NCBI RefSeq assembly: GCF_006345805.1
Contig: NC_043012.1
Location: 6,014,001 to 6,078,000 of the forward strand
Source: Octopus sinensis
Lineage: Eukaryota
DNA: 64,000 bases
Direction of reading: 5' to 3'
Shown here in pieces: positions 1 to 12,638 of this stretch. Numbering within the stretch: position 1 is the stretch's first letter; each line of letters starts with the position of its first letter. The position numbers were made by a program, and so were the translations under genes. The notes beneath the pieces are model-generated. The model worked only from the letters and a program-made list of their open reading frames with translations, ran no database searches and had not been told where the DNA came from.

Positions 1-86
1 ACAATATGCAGCCCGGTCCGGGATTCAAACCCACAACCTCACAATCGTAAGCTTGATGCTCTAACCACTGAGCTATGCACCTTCAC
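1..86 (-). mobile_element. tRNA-derived SINE, 5' head (runs off window edge)
   Basis: Reverse complement reads gtgaaggtgcatagctcagtggttagagc...gtttgaatccc, with Pol III A-box and B-box-like motifs; resembles the heads at 492 and 26627. Confidence 0.75.
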
Positions 87-491
87 ATATATATATATGT
101 ATGTATATGTATATACACACACACTGCACCTGTTTTGTACCATGGTTTCATGCTAGTTTGCAGTCATTTGGATATCAGACTCTTCTACTATGTTTGGTGA
201 GGCAAAAGTCACATATAAATATATGAACGTTTATGTTTATACGCCTAATGAATGTGATAACTTCTTTGAATTAATGTCCAAACATGCAACACGGTTATGA
301 AGTACTCAATACACAAAGTGTGAAATGTAACAAATCACAGCTAACAATTTGAGTGGAGTTTCAATCTCTGAATCTCCTCAGGAATAATACACATACATAT
401 ATAGCATGTATGCATGAAGATGTCTCTGTGTGTGTATAAGTTGCTGAAGAATGTGTGTATGATAAAATATTTGTGTGTATACACTAATAAC

Positions 492-795
492 GTGGAGGCA
501 CATGGCCTAGTGGTTAGAGCAGCAAACTCGCGGTTGAGGGATCGTGGGTTCAAATCTCAGACCGGGCAATGTGTGTTTTTATGAGCGAAAACACCTAAGC
601 TCCACGCAGCTCCGACAGAAGGTAATGGCAAACCTCTGCTGATTCTTTCACCACAACTTTCTCTCACTCTTTCCTCCTGCATCTTGCAGCTCACCTGTGA
701 CGGACCGGTGACCTGTCCAGGTGGGGAACCTATATGCCAAGGAAACCGGGAAACCAGCCCTTATGAGCCAGGCGTGGCTCAAGAAGGACCAAGCA
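492..795 (+). mobile_element. tRNA-derived SINE, full length
   Basis: Head gtggaggcacatggcctagtggttag...gttcaaatct; 13-bp TSD atacactaataac at 479-491 and 796-808; related copies at 19944, 41863 and 57485. Confidence 0.9.
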
Positions 796-1370
796 ATACA
801 CTAATAACTCGTATCAACATTTACAAAGTCTTCAACTACTATTCAACTTTCACATTTTCTAATTCTTTAGCCTTGAAACCTTTTATACAGCCCTAAATAG
901 CACATGTCAAAATCTCTTAAATTTCTTATGTAAATATATCATTAGTTAATAAGTCGTATGGCACAGACCTGGTAGTTTACTGGAAAAGCACATTTTCTTT
1001 CACAGTGTTCATTGGCTATTTGGTTAATGAGAGAAATAGAAGGTAGAAGAATTGTATCTTCCATCTCTCAAACATAATATATATTATGTAAAGGTGGTGA
1101 GTTGGCAGGCTCGTTAGGATGTCAGGTAAAATGCTTAGCGGCAATTTTTCAGGCTTCACATTCTGAGTTCAAATTCTGCTGAGGTTGACCTATCATTTCA
1201 TCCTTTTGGGATCAATAAAATAAGTACCAGTTGAGTACTGGGGTTGATGAAACTGACTTCCTCCAAAATATCAGGCTCTGTGCCTTTAATACAAAGAATT
1301 TATGAGTGTGTCTGTGTATATATATATATATATATATATCTGTAAAATAATATGTGATAATTATTCAATA

Positions 1371-1440
1371 GCCAAGATAAAACTCTGAGTTTCGGATGCT
1401 GAGGTGGAAACCCACAGCACCATCTCTTCAGTTATCTGGC
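1371..1440 (-). ncRNA. Type I hammerhead ribozyme motif (Penelope-like-element type, palindromic helix III)
   Basis: Minus strand: GCCAGAUAA-CUGAAGA-helix II-GAAA-CUCAGAG-U-U-UUAUCUUGGC. Helix I has 9 bp with one bulge, the core is intact, and the cleavage triplet is GUU. Confidence 0.8.
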
Positions 1441-1466
1441 CATCTATATATATGTATATATATATA

Positions 1467-1752
1467 CGAGGTCTGATCAATAAGTATCTAGACTGTTACC
1501 ATAGCAATGAAGCTAAAGCACGCAGAGTGAAGCTGCTCAGCACAGATTAACCTTGAACTCTGCTGTGCATGTGCACTAAGTTTTAACATTCTAGCTCTCT
1601 TCTACTATTTACAGCAGTGCTTGGAAGGAAGGTGTGCAGTGTGTGATCATCACTTGACTATGACTGAGAAAGTTGTCATGGCGACACCTGCTCAGAGGCC
1701 TACGCAAAGTTGCAGAGAGTGTATAAGTCAGACACAAGTTTACGAGTCGTTC
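1467..1752 (+). mobile_element. Mariner transposon 5' fragment (TIR plus decayed transposase N-terminus)
   Basis: TA|CGAGGTCTGATCAATAAGTATC terminus; ATG at 1660 gives MTEKV, followed by GDTCSEAYAKLQRVY and SQTQVYESF, matching the mariner HTH region (consensus ..MSRTQVYEWF) with deletions. Confidence 0.75.
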
Positions 1753-2112
1753 ATCATCATCATTATTATTATTATTATTATTATTATTAATATTATTTTT
1801 ATTGTATTTTGTATTTATATTCGTGCAACATTGTCTGTTTTTCTGTCCATGTTTTCGTATATATTCGATGCTTTTTTTCCCAAGGAATCTAATGCTCTTA
1901 GCTTAGGTTTTCCTTGGGGATGGCCAGATTGGAGTAATCTCAAGATTAATCAGCTGAAGTTGCGAGGATGATCCGGTTCTTGACTGAAGATAAAAGGCTT
2001 TGAATGACCTGTCCTTGTTTTTTTTTTTGTATCCTCTATCTGGATGTTTGTTGTCCCTTTTTGTATCACCTAGTTGTCCAGATGTTTTGCGTTCTCGTCC
2101 CATTTTGTATTT

Positions 2113-3070
2113 TCATCATCATCGTTTAGCGTCTGCTTTCCATGCTGGCATGGGTTGGACGGTGCAACTGGGGTATGGGAAGCCAGAAGGCTGCACCGGG
2201 CCCAGTCTGATCTGGCAATGTTTCTACGGCTGGATGCCCTTCCTAACGCCAACCACTCCATGAGTGTAGTGGGTGCTTTTTACATGCCACCGGCACAGGT
2301 GCCAGACGAGGCTGGCAAACGGCCACGAGCGGATGGTGCTTTTTTACATGCCACCAGCACGGAAGTCAGTTTTATTATATATATCATCATCATCATCATC
2401 ATCGTCGTTTAACGTCCGTTCTCCATGCTAGCATGGGTTGGACGGTTCGACCGGGGTCTGGGCAGCCAGAAGGCTGCACCAGGCTCCAGTCTAATTTGGC
2501 AATGTTCTACAGCTGGATGCCCTTCCTAACGCCAACCACTCCGTGAGTGTAGTGGTGCTTTTTACGTGCCACCTGCACAGGTGCCAGGCGGGGCTGGCAA
2601 CGGCCACGGTCAGATTGGTGTATTTTATGTGCCACCGGCACGGAAGCCAGTCGAGGCGGTGCTGGCATCGGCCACGAGTTGGATAGTGCTTTTTACGTAC
2701 CACCAGACCAGGGATCCTGGCTGGTTCAATTCGATTTCGATTCGCTTGCCCCAACATGTCTTCACAAGCAAAGGAGGTTGGCATGGGTGCCTGTCGTACG
2801 GTCGCATTGGAGTATTTTACGTGCCACGGCCACGAGTCGGATAGTGCTTTTTACGTACCACCAGGCATGGGATCCTGGCTGGTTCAATTCGGTTTCGATT
2901 TCGATTTCGCTTGCCCCAACATGTCTTCGCAAGCATGGGGGGTTGGCATGGGTGTCTGTCGTCGGATGAGGTTCTATATCGACTTCGCTTGCTTCAGCCG
3001 GTCTTTGTGTCCAAGGGAGGAAGGCATTCATAAGTGGGCTGGGCTCACTTGTCCTGCCTGGTCTTCTCAC

Positions 3071-3074
<4 letters not shown>
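2113..3074 (-). mobile_element. Two head-to-tail RTE/RTEX LINE 3'-end fragments
   Basis: (GAT)n tails at about 2113 and 2383. The 2985-3074 part is the reverse complement of the sequence that follows the RT C-terminus at 63920-64000. Confidence 0.8.
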
Positions 3075-3140
<66 letters not shown>

Positions 3141-5195
3141 TATATATATAAATGTACACATATGTAACCAAATAGGAAGTTGGAACATTTTCTTGCTGTT
3201 ATTTATTCACCATTACATATGTTTCATTTGCTAATAGGAATCATAAAGTCGCACATGTAAAAAAAAAAACATGTGAGAATATTTCCAGAATTTCCAACTC
3301 TATAATAGGTACCTCATATCAACATAGCAATGACACCAACAACTACATGCTGAAAGGGACAAGCTTCAAGAGTACACAGTGAGGATTCTACTCTATCTAC
3401 ACAATATTATCTATATGTATGTGGGTGTATATGACGTTAAATGATGATGATGATGACGATGATATATATATGTATATATATACATGGATATATTAGGCTG
3501 TGTAGTAAGAAGTTTGCTTACCAGCTACATGGTTCCATGTTCAGTCCCACTGCATGATACCTTGGGCAAGTGTCTTTTACTATAGCCCCAGGCTGACCAA
3601 AGCCTTGTGAGTGGATTTGGTAGACAGAAACTGAAAGAAGCCTGTTGTATATATATATATATATATATCATCACTAACATCAATACTAATACACCAGCTC
3701 TTTTACCAACCATCACTGTGCCTCTGCCACCACTACTGTTACCACCACCACCACCATTAATCTATGAATCTATACACTTTCAAAAGAAAATATCAAGATA
3801 TTTTCATGTCTTTAGTACCATGTGTATAAATCACACAAAGCCAAGAAAGAAAAGCATCGTGATTGCAGTTTTAGTGTTGACAAATGATGAAATGTTATTT
3901 TCTCAACATACAACTGTCTTCCAAAGTAAAGTAAGTCAATTATGCGAGGAAATAAATTATTTAACAGTTGGAAATTCATCAATAAAAATCAATGGAAGTG
4001 TCTGCAAAAGTGCACCAATTCTGACATTTTATCAAAAATTGGAAAATGCTATAATAAGATGGTGCACCTCACTGAGACATTGATGTAAGATATATATATA
4101 TATATATGTGCTAATAGACCAATTGATTTTATAATTGCTAATAAAATCATTCTTTAAACTCCATGACTTACCATTATGTTTCAGTGTATATATGAATACA
4201 TTTCTTGAAATACTTTGCATCTGTGTTTGCTCCTCATCACCCCTTGGCAACCATAGTTGGTTTGTTTACATACCCATTACTTAGCGGTTAAGCAAAAGAG
4301 ACTGATGGAAATAGTAGCAGGCATTAAAGAAGTATGTACTGGGGTTGATTTGTTTGACTAAAAATATTCTTCAAGGTGGTGCCCCAGCATGGCCACAGTC
4401 TAATAGCTGAAACAAGTATTAGATAAAAAAATTAAAAAATAAATAAAAGATACTGTCTTGCTGTTTGCTACATCCCTTCTGTAATCATTTGAAGAATTGG
4501 AAATGTGAAACTCGGAGTAAAGATTCAAGAAGCTCCAGCTTCGATCAATATATGCAAACTCTACAAAGTCTGTTGAGTGTTTTTCTCCATTTGCAAATCC
4601 AAACATTACCCCATTCATATGTTCCTACTAACTTAAATACATACACACTCACACCCTGTCTCATATGCATTGAATCCTCTTTGGGATTTTCAAAACACTT
4701 TGGTCGCACAATAAAGGATAGCTGCATCATTATACACACACACACACACACACACACAATCATACTTATGATTATCAAATACATGATTATCAGTTATCTT
4801 TTACTTGTTTCAGTCATTTGACAAACATCTCAAATCATATACATTATTATTATTATTATTATTATTATTAGAAAAATTTTTCTAATCTATGTCTTGCTTT
4901 AGTGTTTGTTGTCCTCTTTAACAAATATATATATATATATACATGCGCACACATGCACACATCTATGTATATGTTATACTGCCTTTCTGCAATCCAGATC
5001 CTCTGGGTGCACATAGTTACTACATACATACCCAGTCACTGAGAACAACTTACCACTGTAAACAGTAACAGCACTGCAAAATTTACAAGTGTTTCATTGG
5101 ACCTCCTCAATCTGGGGGTCATTTCATATGGCAAAAGAGACCAGCTTTATTTATGGATCATTTTGATATTAGCTTACTAGAGACTAACCCATAAC

Positions 5196-5640
5196 CTTTA
5201 CTCTTTTACTTGGTTCGGTCATTTGACTGTGGCCATGCTGGAGCACTGCCTTTTAGTCGAGCAAATCGATCCCAGGACTTATTCTCTGTAAGCCTAATAC
5301 TTATTCTATAGGTATCTGTTGCTGAACCGCTAAGTTATGGGGATGTAATCACACCAGCATCGGTTGTCAAGTGATGTTGGGGGCACAAACACAGACACAC
5401 AAACATATACACACACACATACATACACACATACACACATACATACATACATACATATATATATACACATATATACGACGGGTTTCTTTCAGTTTCTGTC
5501 TACCAAATCCACTCACAAGGCTTTGGTCAGCCCGAGGCTGTAGTAGAAGACACTTGCCCAAGGTGCCACACAGTGGGACCGAACCCGGAACCATGTGGTT
5601 CGTAAGCAAGCTACTTACCACATAGCTACTCCTACGCCTA
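5196..5640 (-). mobile_element. Abundant tRNA-headed SINE with internal CA/TA microsatellite (family A)
   Basis: Near-identical to 8795-9214, 28657-29016, 52663-53071 and 59765-60112; head aggcgtaggagtagctatgtggtaag...gggttcggtccc. Confidence 0.85.
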
Positions 5641-5672
5641 TCCCTAGTTTTATTGTATAAATCCCTTTAATC

Positions 5673-5889
5673 TTAACTTCTTAGTATTCAGATTACTCTG
5701 TCACATATAATGCTTATTTATACACATTGTTTTGAATTAATCATGGATTATCTCAAAGACTGGCGATTTCAATGATGTGAGTGTTTATTTTTAGAATGAC
5801 ATTGTAGGGTAGATGTGAGAGGCCAGATCTGGGCAGTTTGAACATAAAACAGAGAGAATTTTTGACCATTTTAAATGCTGAAGGGTTAA
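5673..5889. mobile_element. TTAA-flanked (piggyBac-type) MITE
   Basis: TTAA at 5673-5676 and 5886-5889; terminus gctgaagggTTAA; inverted homolog at 19737-20362. Confidence 0.65.
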
Positions 5890-6206
5890 AGTAATCATAT
5901 TTAAATTAAATTTTTTTATTACAATTTAATTTCTGAACATTTTGTTAAGATGAGTTCCAAATATTAGATAATCAGTAAGAAAAAACAAAAACCAATGTTG
6001 TTGTATTAAATTTTAATAAACTCTTGATTGTTTTTCAAAATTAAGTGACACATACTGTTAATACTTTTCCGTATTCATTTTGTTTAAAATTTATTTCATT
6101 AGTAATATGGCTTGAAAAAGGGAAAAAATCAATAGAATTGTTTGACCCATTGATGGATACATCTGATCATAAAATTTCCAGCAACTGATTTATTTTGTTA
6201 TTTCAG

Positions 6207-6236
6207 GAATTGTCTCAGAAAAAGGAACTAAAATAG
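6207..6236 (+). CDS. Candidate terminal coding exon (ELSQKKELK*) of an unidentified gene
   Basis: Branch-like ctgat, pyrimidine tract and cag at 6204-6206; TAG at 6234-6236; AATAAA motifs near 6253 and 6299. Frame assumed, no homology recognised. Confidence 0.3.
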   Translation, partial: ELSQKKELK

Positions 6237-6439
6237 ATAAACAAAAATATAAATAAATGATATTTGTAATACATAATAACATGGAGCAACCATGTCTGAA
6301 TAAAGGAAAGTTCCTCATACACAATTTATGTTGCTGTTCTAAAATCTCTCTTTTTTTTGTTTCCCTTTGAAACAGGGATTTGGTCTTAGATGGAAAAATT
6401 AGTTGCTGTTATTGCTGTAGCAGTAGTTGTACAAGCGTT

Positions 6440-6582
6440 ATTGTTGTTGTTACTGTTGGTGTTGCTCTTCTTGTTCTTGTTTCTATCATCATTGTTGTTG
6501 CTGTTGTTGTCTTCTTCTTCTTCTTCTTCTTCTTCTTCTTCTTTTTCTTCTTCTTCTTCTTCTTCTTCTTCTTCTTCTTCCA
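6440..6582. repeat. Compound (GTT)n/(CTT)n microsatellite
   Basis: Seen directly; about 70 bp of near-pure polypyrimidine at 6510-6582. Confidence 0.95.
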
Positions 6583-6938
6583 ATCAGGACTCATGCCATT
6601 AGCCAGAAAGAATAATCTCTAATTTGAGTCTACTCTAAGCTACTAAGGATGCGTGTGGCAACTGGAAGATCCACCCACCACACACAATAGACTAGCGGTT
6701 GCACGGGCGCGAAAGCTACGTTGTTATCCTCATACTATAAATGGTGGCGTTTAATGGGTGGCGAGCTGAACCATCCTGGGGTACAGAAGATTCGCAATCT
6801 ATACTAGGGTCTGAAAGTTTACCACACCATAGTGGGTTTACACCATGGTTCCTCTGCTTTGTGGCAGAAGTAAGAAGAAACAGTGAGAGAAAGTTGTGGT
6901 GAAAGAGTACAGTGGGGTTGCTGTACTGTTGTTGCTGC

Positions 6939-6977
<39 letters not shown>

Positions 6978-8014
6978 GTCAGAGCCCAAGTTCCAAGATT
7001 CAGCAGACTCTTCCAGCCCACAATCACTCTGATGTCCATTGAGAGGCAGTCTATGCATGGCTTATATTCTCCAATGAATATATCCTGTTTATTTTTGTAA
7101 GACAATAGGATATGATATGGAGGGAGATTTGGCTGTTATTTCTAATCTTAATGTTCTTATTGTTAGTGTGATAAACAGTAGTCTGAAAAAAATAAAGAAA
7201 GGAACAACGAACACCTTCAGCTCTAAAAGAAATATTAATGCAAGTATGTAAATATATATTGTGGTTCTTAAATGTTAGGTAGGATGCCACACAAAGTCTG
7301 CACTTAGTTACGAATTCATATTTTAATTTATATTCTTCATTCATTTTGTGATGGCGAAAAATTTATCATCATAGAAAAAATGCAACAAATAGCTTTATCT
7401 AAGGGAAATAATAAAAGTTTCGAAGAGTTATCGCCCTTACAATATCAAGGTAGATAATTCTCTTTATTGTCGCAGGAATTCATGGAGATAAATGTTGGTT
7501 GAGTCATCGGGGAACCTTTTCGCGTTCGCGCCACTTTTATCTTTTACTTGTTTCAGTCATTTGACCACAGCCATGCTGGAGCATCCCCTTAAAGGATTTT
7601 AGTCGAAGAAATCGACCCCAGGGCTTGTTTAAAGACTAGTACTTATTCTATCGATCACTTTTTGCCGAACCGCTATATTTACAGGGACGTAAACATATTA
7701 ACACCGGTTGTCAAGCGGTGGCGAGAACAAACAAATGCACACACACACACACACACCACATGCACAAATTTATAACATATATATATATATATATATATCT
7801 GTCAGTTTGTCCTAATCTCCCAGAAATATCTAACTGTATGTTTTAAAAAACATGATTTACCTCTTGCAGTTATATATCCGTATGCCACAGCAGATGTATA
7901 TAATAAAAGTCTTTTAGGGCAATTAAGTTCTGAAATGTAATTTGGCCGTGGTTTTAAACTGGAGACCTGAGCGATGTGCTTCTAATCTGAGCAAAAATCC
8001 TCTACAATACAAAT

Positions 8015-8592
8015 ATCATCATCATCATTGTTCGACCGTGGTCGAGACAATGGAATTTACCATGCTACGCCAGACTTCACGGTCCCTCATGGCATTACGG
8101 AGGTCCTGTTGCTGGATACCTGTATCCCTGGAGATTACATCAGGGTAGGAGAGTGTGAGCCCTCTGGTATCGCGAGTAGATGGCTTCCAGAGGAGAAGAG
8201 TAGAATTACTCTCTTTTCAGCTCTACACATGTCCAGCAAACTGGACTCTCTTACCTTCACAAAAAGATGACACAGGTGGTAGTTTCCCATAAATTTGCAT
8301 TTGTTTGTGATGGCGCTTCTACGAGAGATTTTGAGCTCTCATAAAGAGGCGAGTGTAGGTTCCATCCAACCGCCCTCAAGCTTCTTTGATAACGTCCAGG
8401 TTTCTGAGCCATATAGTAGAATTGGTTCGACTGTGGCTTTGAAGATTTCAAGTTTGAAGTCTCTTCTTAGATTTGATGACCAGATCTTATGCATGTCATT
8501 ACAGGCTGACCAGGCCATACCCTTTCTAGTTAGAAAATCTTTTCCAGATGATGATATGTATGACCCAAGATATTTGTAATCAGAAACCATAT
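8015..8592 (-). mobile_element. 5'-truncated RTE-clade LINE: RT C-terminal region to stop codon and (ATG)n tail
   Basis: YKYLGSYISS...FKATVEPILLYGSETWTLSKKLE, frameshifts, then ...SIVSTTVEQ* at 8025-8027 followed by (TGA)n. Confidence 0.9.
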
Positions 8593-8794
8593 TATACAGC
8601 ACGGTATGATGCTTTGCAGCAACACAAAAATACTGATTGCTTATCTGGAGGCCACTGATTTCGTTCCATCACGATTTCGACGAAAGTCATAAACAGCATT
8701 CATAATCTGGAATCGAAATACCTCAAAACCATTGAAAGTCTTGACGAAATACTACTTACCATATAACCGCCAACACACACCCACACAACCACTC

Positions 8795-9214
8795 TCTTAC
8801 TCTCTTTTACTCTTTTACTTGTTTCAGTCATTTGACTGCGGCCATGCGGGAGCACCGCCTTTAATCGAGCAACTCGACCCCGGGTCTTATTCTTTTGTAA
8901 GCCCAGTACTTATTCTATCGGTCTTTTTGCCGAATCGCTAAGTAACGGGGACATAAACACACCAGCATCGGTTGTCAAGCGATGTTGGGAGGGGACAAAC
9001 ACAGACACACACACCACACACATACATATATATATATATATACATATATACGACGGGCTTCTTTCAGTTTCCGTCTACCAAATTCACTCACAAGACTTTG
9101 GTCGGCCCGAGGCTATAGTAGAAGACACTTGCCCAAAGTGCCACGCAGTGGGACTGAACCCGGAACTATGTGGTTGGTAAACAAGCTACTTACCACACAG
9201 CCACTCCTGCGCCT
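8795..9214 (-). mobile_element. SINE family A, full length
   Basis: Same sequence as 5196-5640 and 52663-53071. Confidence 0.85.
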
Positions 9215-9714
9215 ATTGACAAAAATAAAACCCTAATCAATTACAAACAATCGATATTATTCGAATGAGATAGTTCGTCAATAAGGGGAGACCGGAAATA
9301 TAACAGATCGTTGGAGGAAGAAAAAAAAAACAAACGTGACGCAACACATTATCATAGAAATTACTAATTCTGCAGTCAAAAGTTGTTTCCTAGAGTAATT
9401 GTTTCCAAGTTATTATAAAAAGAAAAAATTTGGCTCAGCAGCATGAAGGCAACAAATGAGTCGTTGATATGTTATTGGTTGAAAAAAATACAGTTTGATG
9501 TAGATGCGACGGTAGAGTCATGTCCTGCAGTTTGATACAGATAGAATAGCAAAATTAGATGCCAAAAAAAAAAAGCATCTGATGAAAAAAAAAATATGGT
9601 AAATGGCCAAAAACATCTGGACCATAGCAACGAATGTGTGTCTGTGTGTGTATGTGTGTCTGTGTATTCGCGGCTATGGTTCAGATGTTTTTGGCCATTT
9701 ATCATACACACACA

Positions 9715-9873
9715 TGTATGTATGTATGTATGTATGTATGTATGTATGTATGTATGTATGTATGTATGTATGTATGTATGTATGTATGTATGTATGATGT
9801 ATGTATGTGTGTGTGTGCGTGTGTGTATGTATGTATGTGTGTGCGTGTGTGTATGTATGTATGTATGTATGTA

Positions 9874-9908
<35 letters not shown>

Positions 9909-10076
9909 ATGTATGTATGTATGTGTGTGTGTGTGCGTGTGAGTATGTATGTATGTATGTATATATGATGTATGTATGTATGTTATGTATGTATGTATCT
10001 GTGTGTATGTATGTGTGCATGCGTGTATGTATGTATGATGTATGTATGTATTATGTATGTATGTATTATGTATGTA

Positions 10077-10129
<53 letters not shown>

Positions 10130-10250
10130 GTATGTATGTATGTATGTATGTATGTATGATGTATGTATGTATGTGTGGTGTGTGTGTGTGTATGTATGTA
10201 TGTATGATGTATGTATGTATGTATGTATGTATGTATGATGTATGTATGTA

Positions 10251-10285
<35 letters not shown>

Positions 10286-10295
10286 ATGTATGTAT
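9715..10295. repeat. Long compound (TATG)n/(TG)n microsatellite
   Basis: Seen directly; it accounts for the overlapping MYVC and HTYI ORFs. Confidence 0.95.
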
Positions 10296-11331
10296 CGATT
10301 GTGCCATATCATTTTACGATAAAATGTGGTTTATTGTTATTGATTCATCTTCGCAATTTCCGTGTGTTGCATCCCCGACATCAACAACAGCAAATGACAA
10401 TACTCCAGCAAATTTTCGCCTTTTTTATGACTGTTTAAAACAGTGATAACCAACAACAGGATTTAAGTTACTTCATTTAAATTTGAGCAGTTTTGCAGAC
10501 AGATGGGCATTCGGCATTTGAGATCGTGCTTTTCCTCTTGTCTCAAATGGTGAAGCGGAGTAATTTGTTCAGCCCTTCAAACAAGGAGTTCGAAAAGCTT
10601 CCTACGAAAATTATTTGCTTGTTGAGAAAGAGTCGGGCATCTATTCTGAAATCGTTCTTTACTTCATCAAGCATTGGACGGGAAATAACCTGCAGAAGTG
10701 GTGTACAGCCGACAAACCGTGATCGCGTGGACAAATGCAAGCAGTTCTAATAAATCATGGTATTGGGCGAGCAGTACTTGCCACGGATTATCAGGGAAAC
10801 GCTAAATGGATTTGTGGGATAATTACCCGATAAATGAATAAATAAATAAATAAATAACTGTGTGGTCAGAAGTTTGCGTCCTAACCACACATTTCCGAGT
10901 GTAGCACCTTGGGCATGTGTCTTCTACCATAGCCCCAGGCCGACCAAAAGCCTTGTGAGTAGATTTGGTTGAAGGTAATTGTGAGAAGGAAGTCTGTGTA
11001 TATATATATTACTATAAATGCTTCATACTACATGCATTATAAGCGCTACTAATAGTTTCGCGTACATAAGTACGTTCATCATTTATAGTAATATTAGACT
11101 CCTCTCATTAGATGGAGTACTCTTTTCATTGGTTTTTACACAAATTAATTTCGTATACACACACATGTATATAGACAGACGGAGACATTGGTGCAAATAA
11201 ACAGATAAAAATCTTGGGTTTGATAGACAGAGTATATATACACGTATGCATGTAAATAAAGGAAAGACAAAAACTGGAAGGTTTTTAGATGATTAACATT
11301 CAAGTATAACCAGATCTATATATTCATTTAT

Positions 11332-11491
11332 ACCTTCTTCTTGGAGGGAAATACGCAAGCTTGTGAATCGCTCGACCAAGTGCATCGAAAAGGAAGGAGA
11401 CTATACAGAAAAACGACGTACTTGTTTATCCCCTGATTTTGTGTAAATACATTGAAAAACAAGAGTGCATTTTATTTTTTACTCTCTTTCG
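11332..11491 (+). mobile_element. Mariner transposon 3' fragment
   Basis: FFLEG/IRKLVNRSTKCIEKEGDYTEK (one frameshift) matches the mariner C-terminal motif GI.KLV.RW.KC....GDY.EK; ends ...actctctttcg|TA. Confidence 0.75.
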
Positions 11492-11717
11492 TACATCTGC
11501 CAAAATTATGAACTAATTACCAGCCTCCCAGAAACAGCTGTCGGACTTGTTACACCAAACCTTCTCCCCTCTAATTCTTTGAGTCTATGTAACCTTAATA
11601 AGTTTACTCTATTAATATATAAATATAAATCTATTTATATTTGAATGTTAATCGTCTGAAAATCTTCCAGTCTTTGCCTCTTCTTTTTTCACATATACAT
11701 GTGTATATATATATATA

Positions 11718-11851
11718 CTTTATTTAAAAACAGCAGAAATATAACAATATATCGTCATTTCTGTTCTGTTTTTAACAAAACTGTCCGACGAACGGGAACG
11801 TGAAACCCTGAGCAACAGCTTTTGTTATATTTCTGCTGCTTTTAAATAAAG
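11718..11851. repeat. Inverted repeat / MITE-like element, 30-bp arms
   Basis: ctttatttaaaaacagcagaaatataacaa (11718-11747) versus 11822-11851; 29/30 complementary. Confidence 0.8.
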
Positions 11852-12212
11852 CATATTACTTAACCTCTGGTATTTGAGTACTCTTTATTTCCACCTTGTT
11901 TCACATTTATGTGCTTACTCCGGTATATACATACATCAAATTCAAAGGAGTTTTATCTGTTTATTTACATCATTGTCTCCATATCTGCCCACCAGGATTC
12001 CCCATACTCTTTATCCCGCTGACTTCGTCATCGGTAAAGGTTTCGGAGTGTAAGTTCAAATCTTCTGAGTGCTGCTAAGTGCTTTGAAGAGATTCTTTAC
12101 CTTTTGTTCTTTCTCGGGCGATAAAATGTGTGTATGCAACAACTATGATACAAAACTGGTTATTTTGATTTTAAACTGCCGAAAATTGCGTATTTATAAA
12201 CAATAACTATTA

Positions 12213-12638
12213 GATCTTTTCGGTTTGAACGGCAGTTTTTAACATAATTTCTAGGTAACTAAAAAAATTTTAACCTCCGTATAATGGTAGAATGTGTTTA
12301 TAAAACATCTTTTTCTCTTGGCTTTATTGAGAAAATTCTATAGTTTGTAAGATATTTGTTGTTTTTTTTCTTCAATTTCTGCAATTTCTGCAATTTCAAC
12401 CAATCACTGACGTCTATTGAGGTAAAAAAAAGTTCTGTGCCGTATGAATATGACCCTCGTTTAAGAAACAGATTGGGTTTATTTGCATTTGTGAAGAAAA
12501 AAAGATACCCTTACCCCACCCCTAACCCTAACCCTAAAAGAGATTGAAATGCAATAGATCGATTCTAGGGTCATAATTATGGGTGGCAATTTCATATGAC
12601 ACCGCTAGAAAAAACTGCCGTTCAAACCGAAAGGATCC
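12213..12638. mobile_element. TA-flanked MITE with about 28-bp TIRs and an internal (CCCTAA)3
   Basis: gatcttttcggtttgaacggcagttttt versus aaaaactgccgttcaaaccgaaaggatc; TA at 12211-12212 and 12639-12640. Confidence 0.8.

Noticed and set aside
492-570. tRNA genes at the SINE heads (also 1-86, 20255-20328, 26627-26700)
   Set aside because: They continue into repeat bodies with TSDs and lack a complete cloverleaf.
1984-2005. Hammerhead at CTGAAGA (also 26173) and CTGATGA at 62051
   Set aside because: No helix II plus GAAA-helix III arrangement downstream.
9472-10446. Long ORFs of 100-200 aa (also 23400-23900, 33494-33833, 45830-46090, 60910-61576)
   Set aside because: They are translations of stop-free microsatellites.
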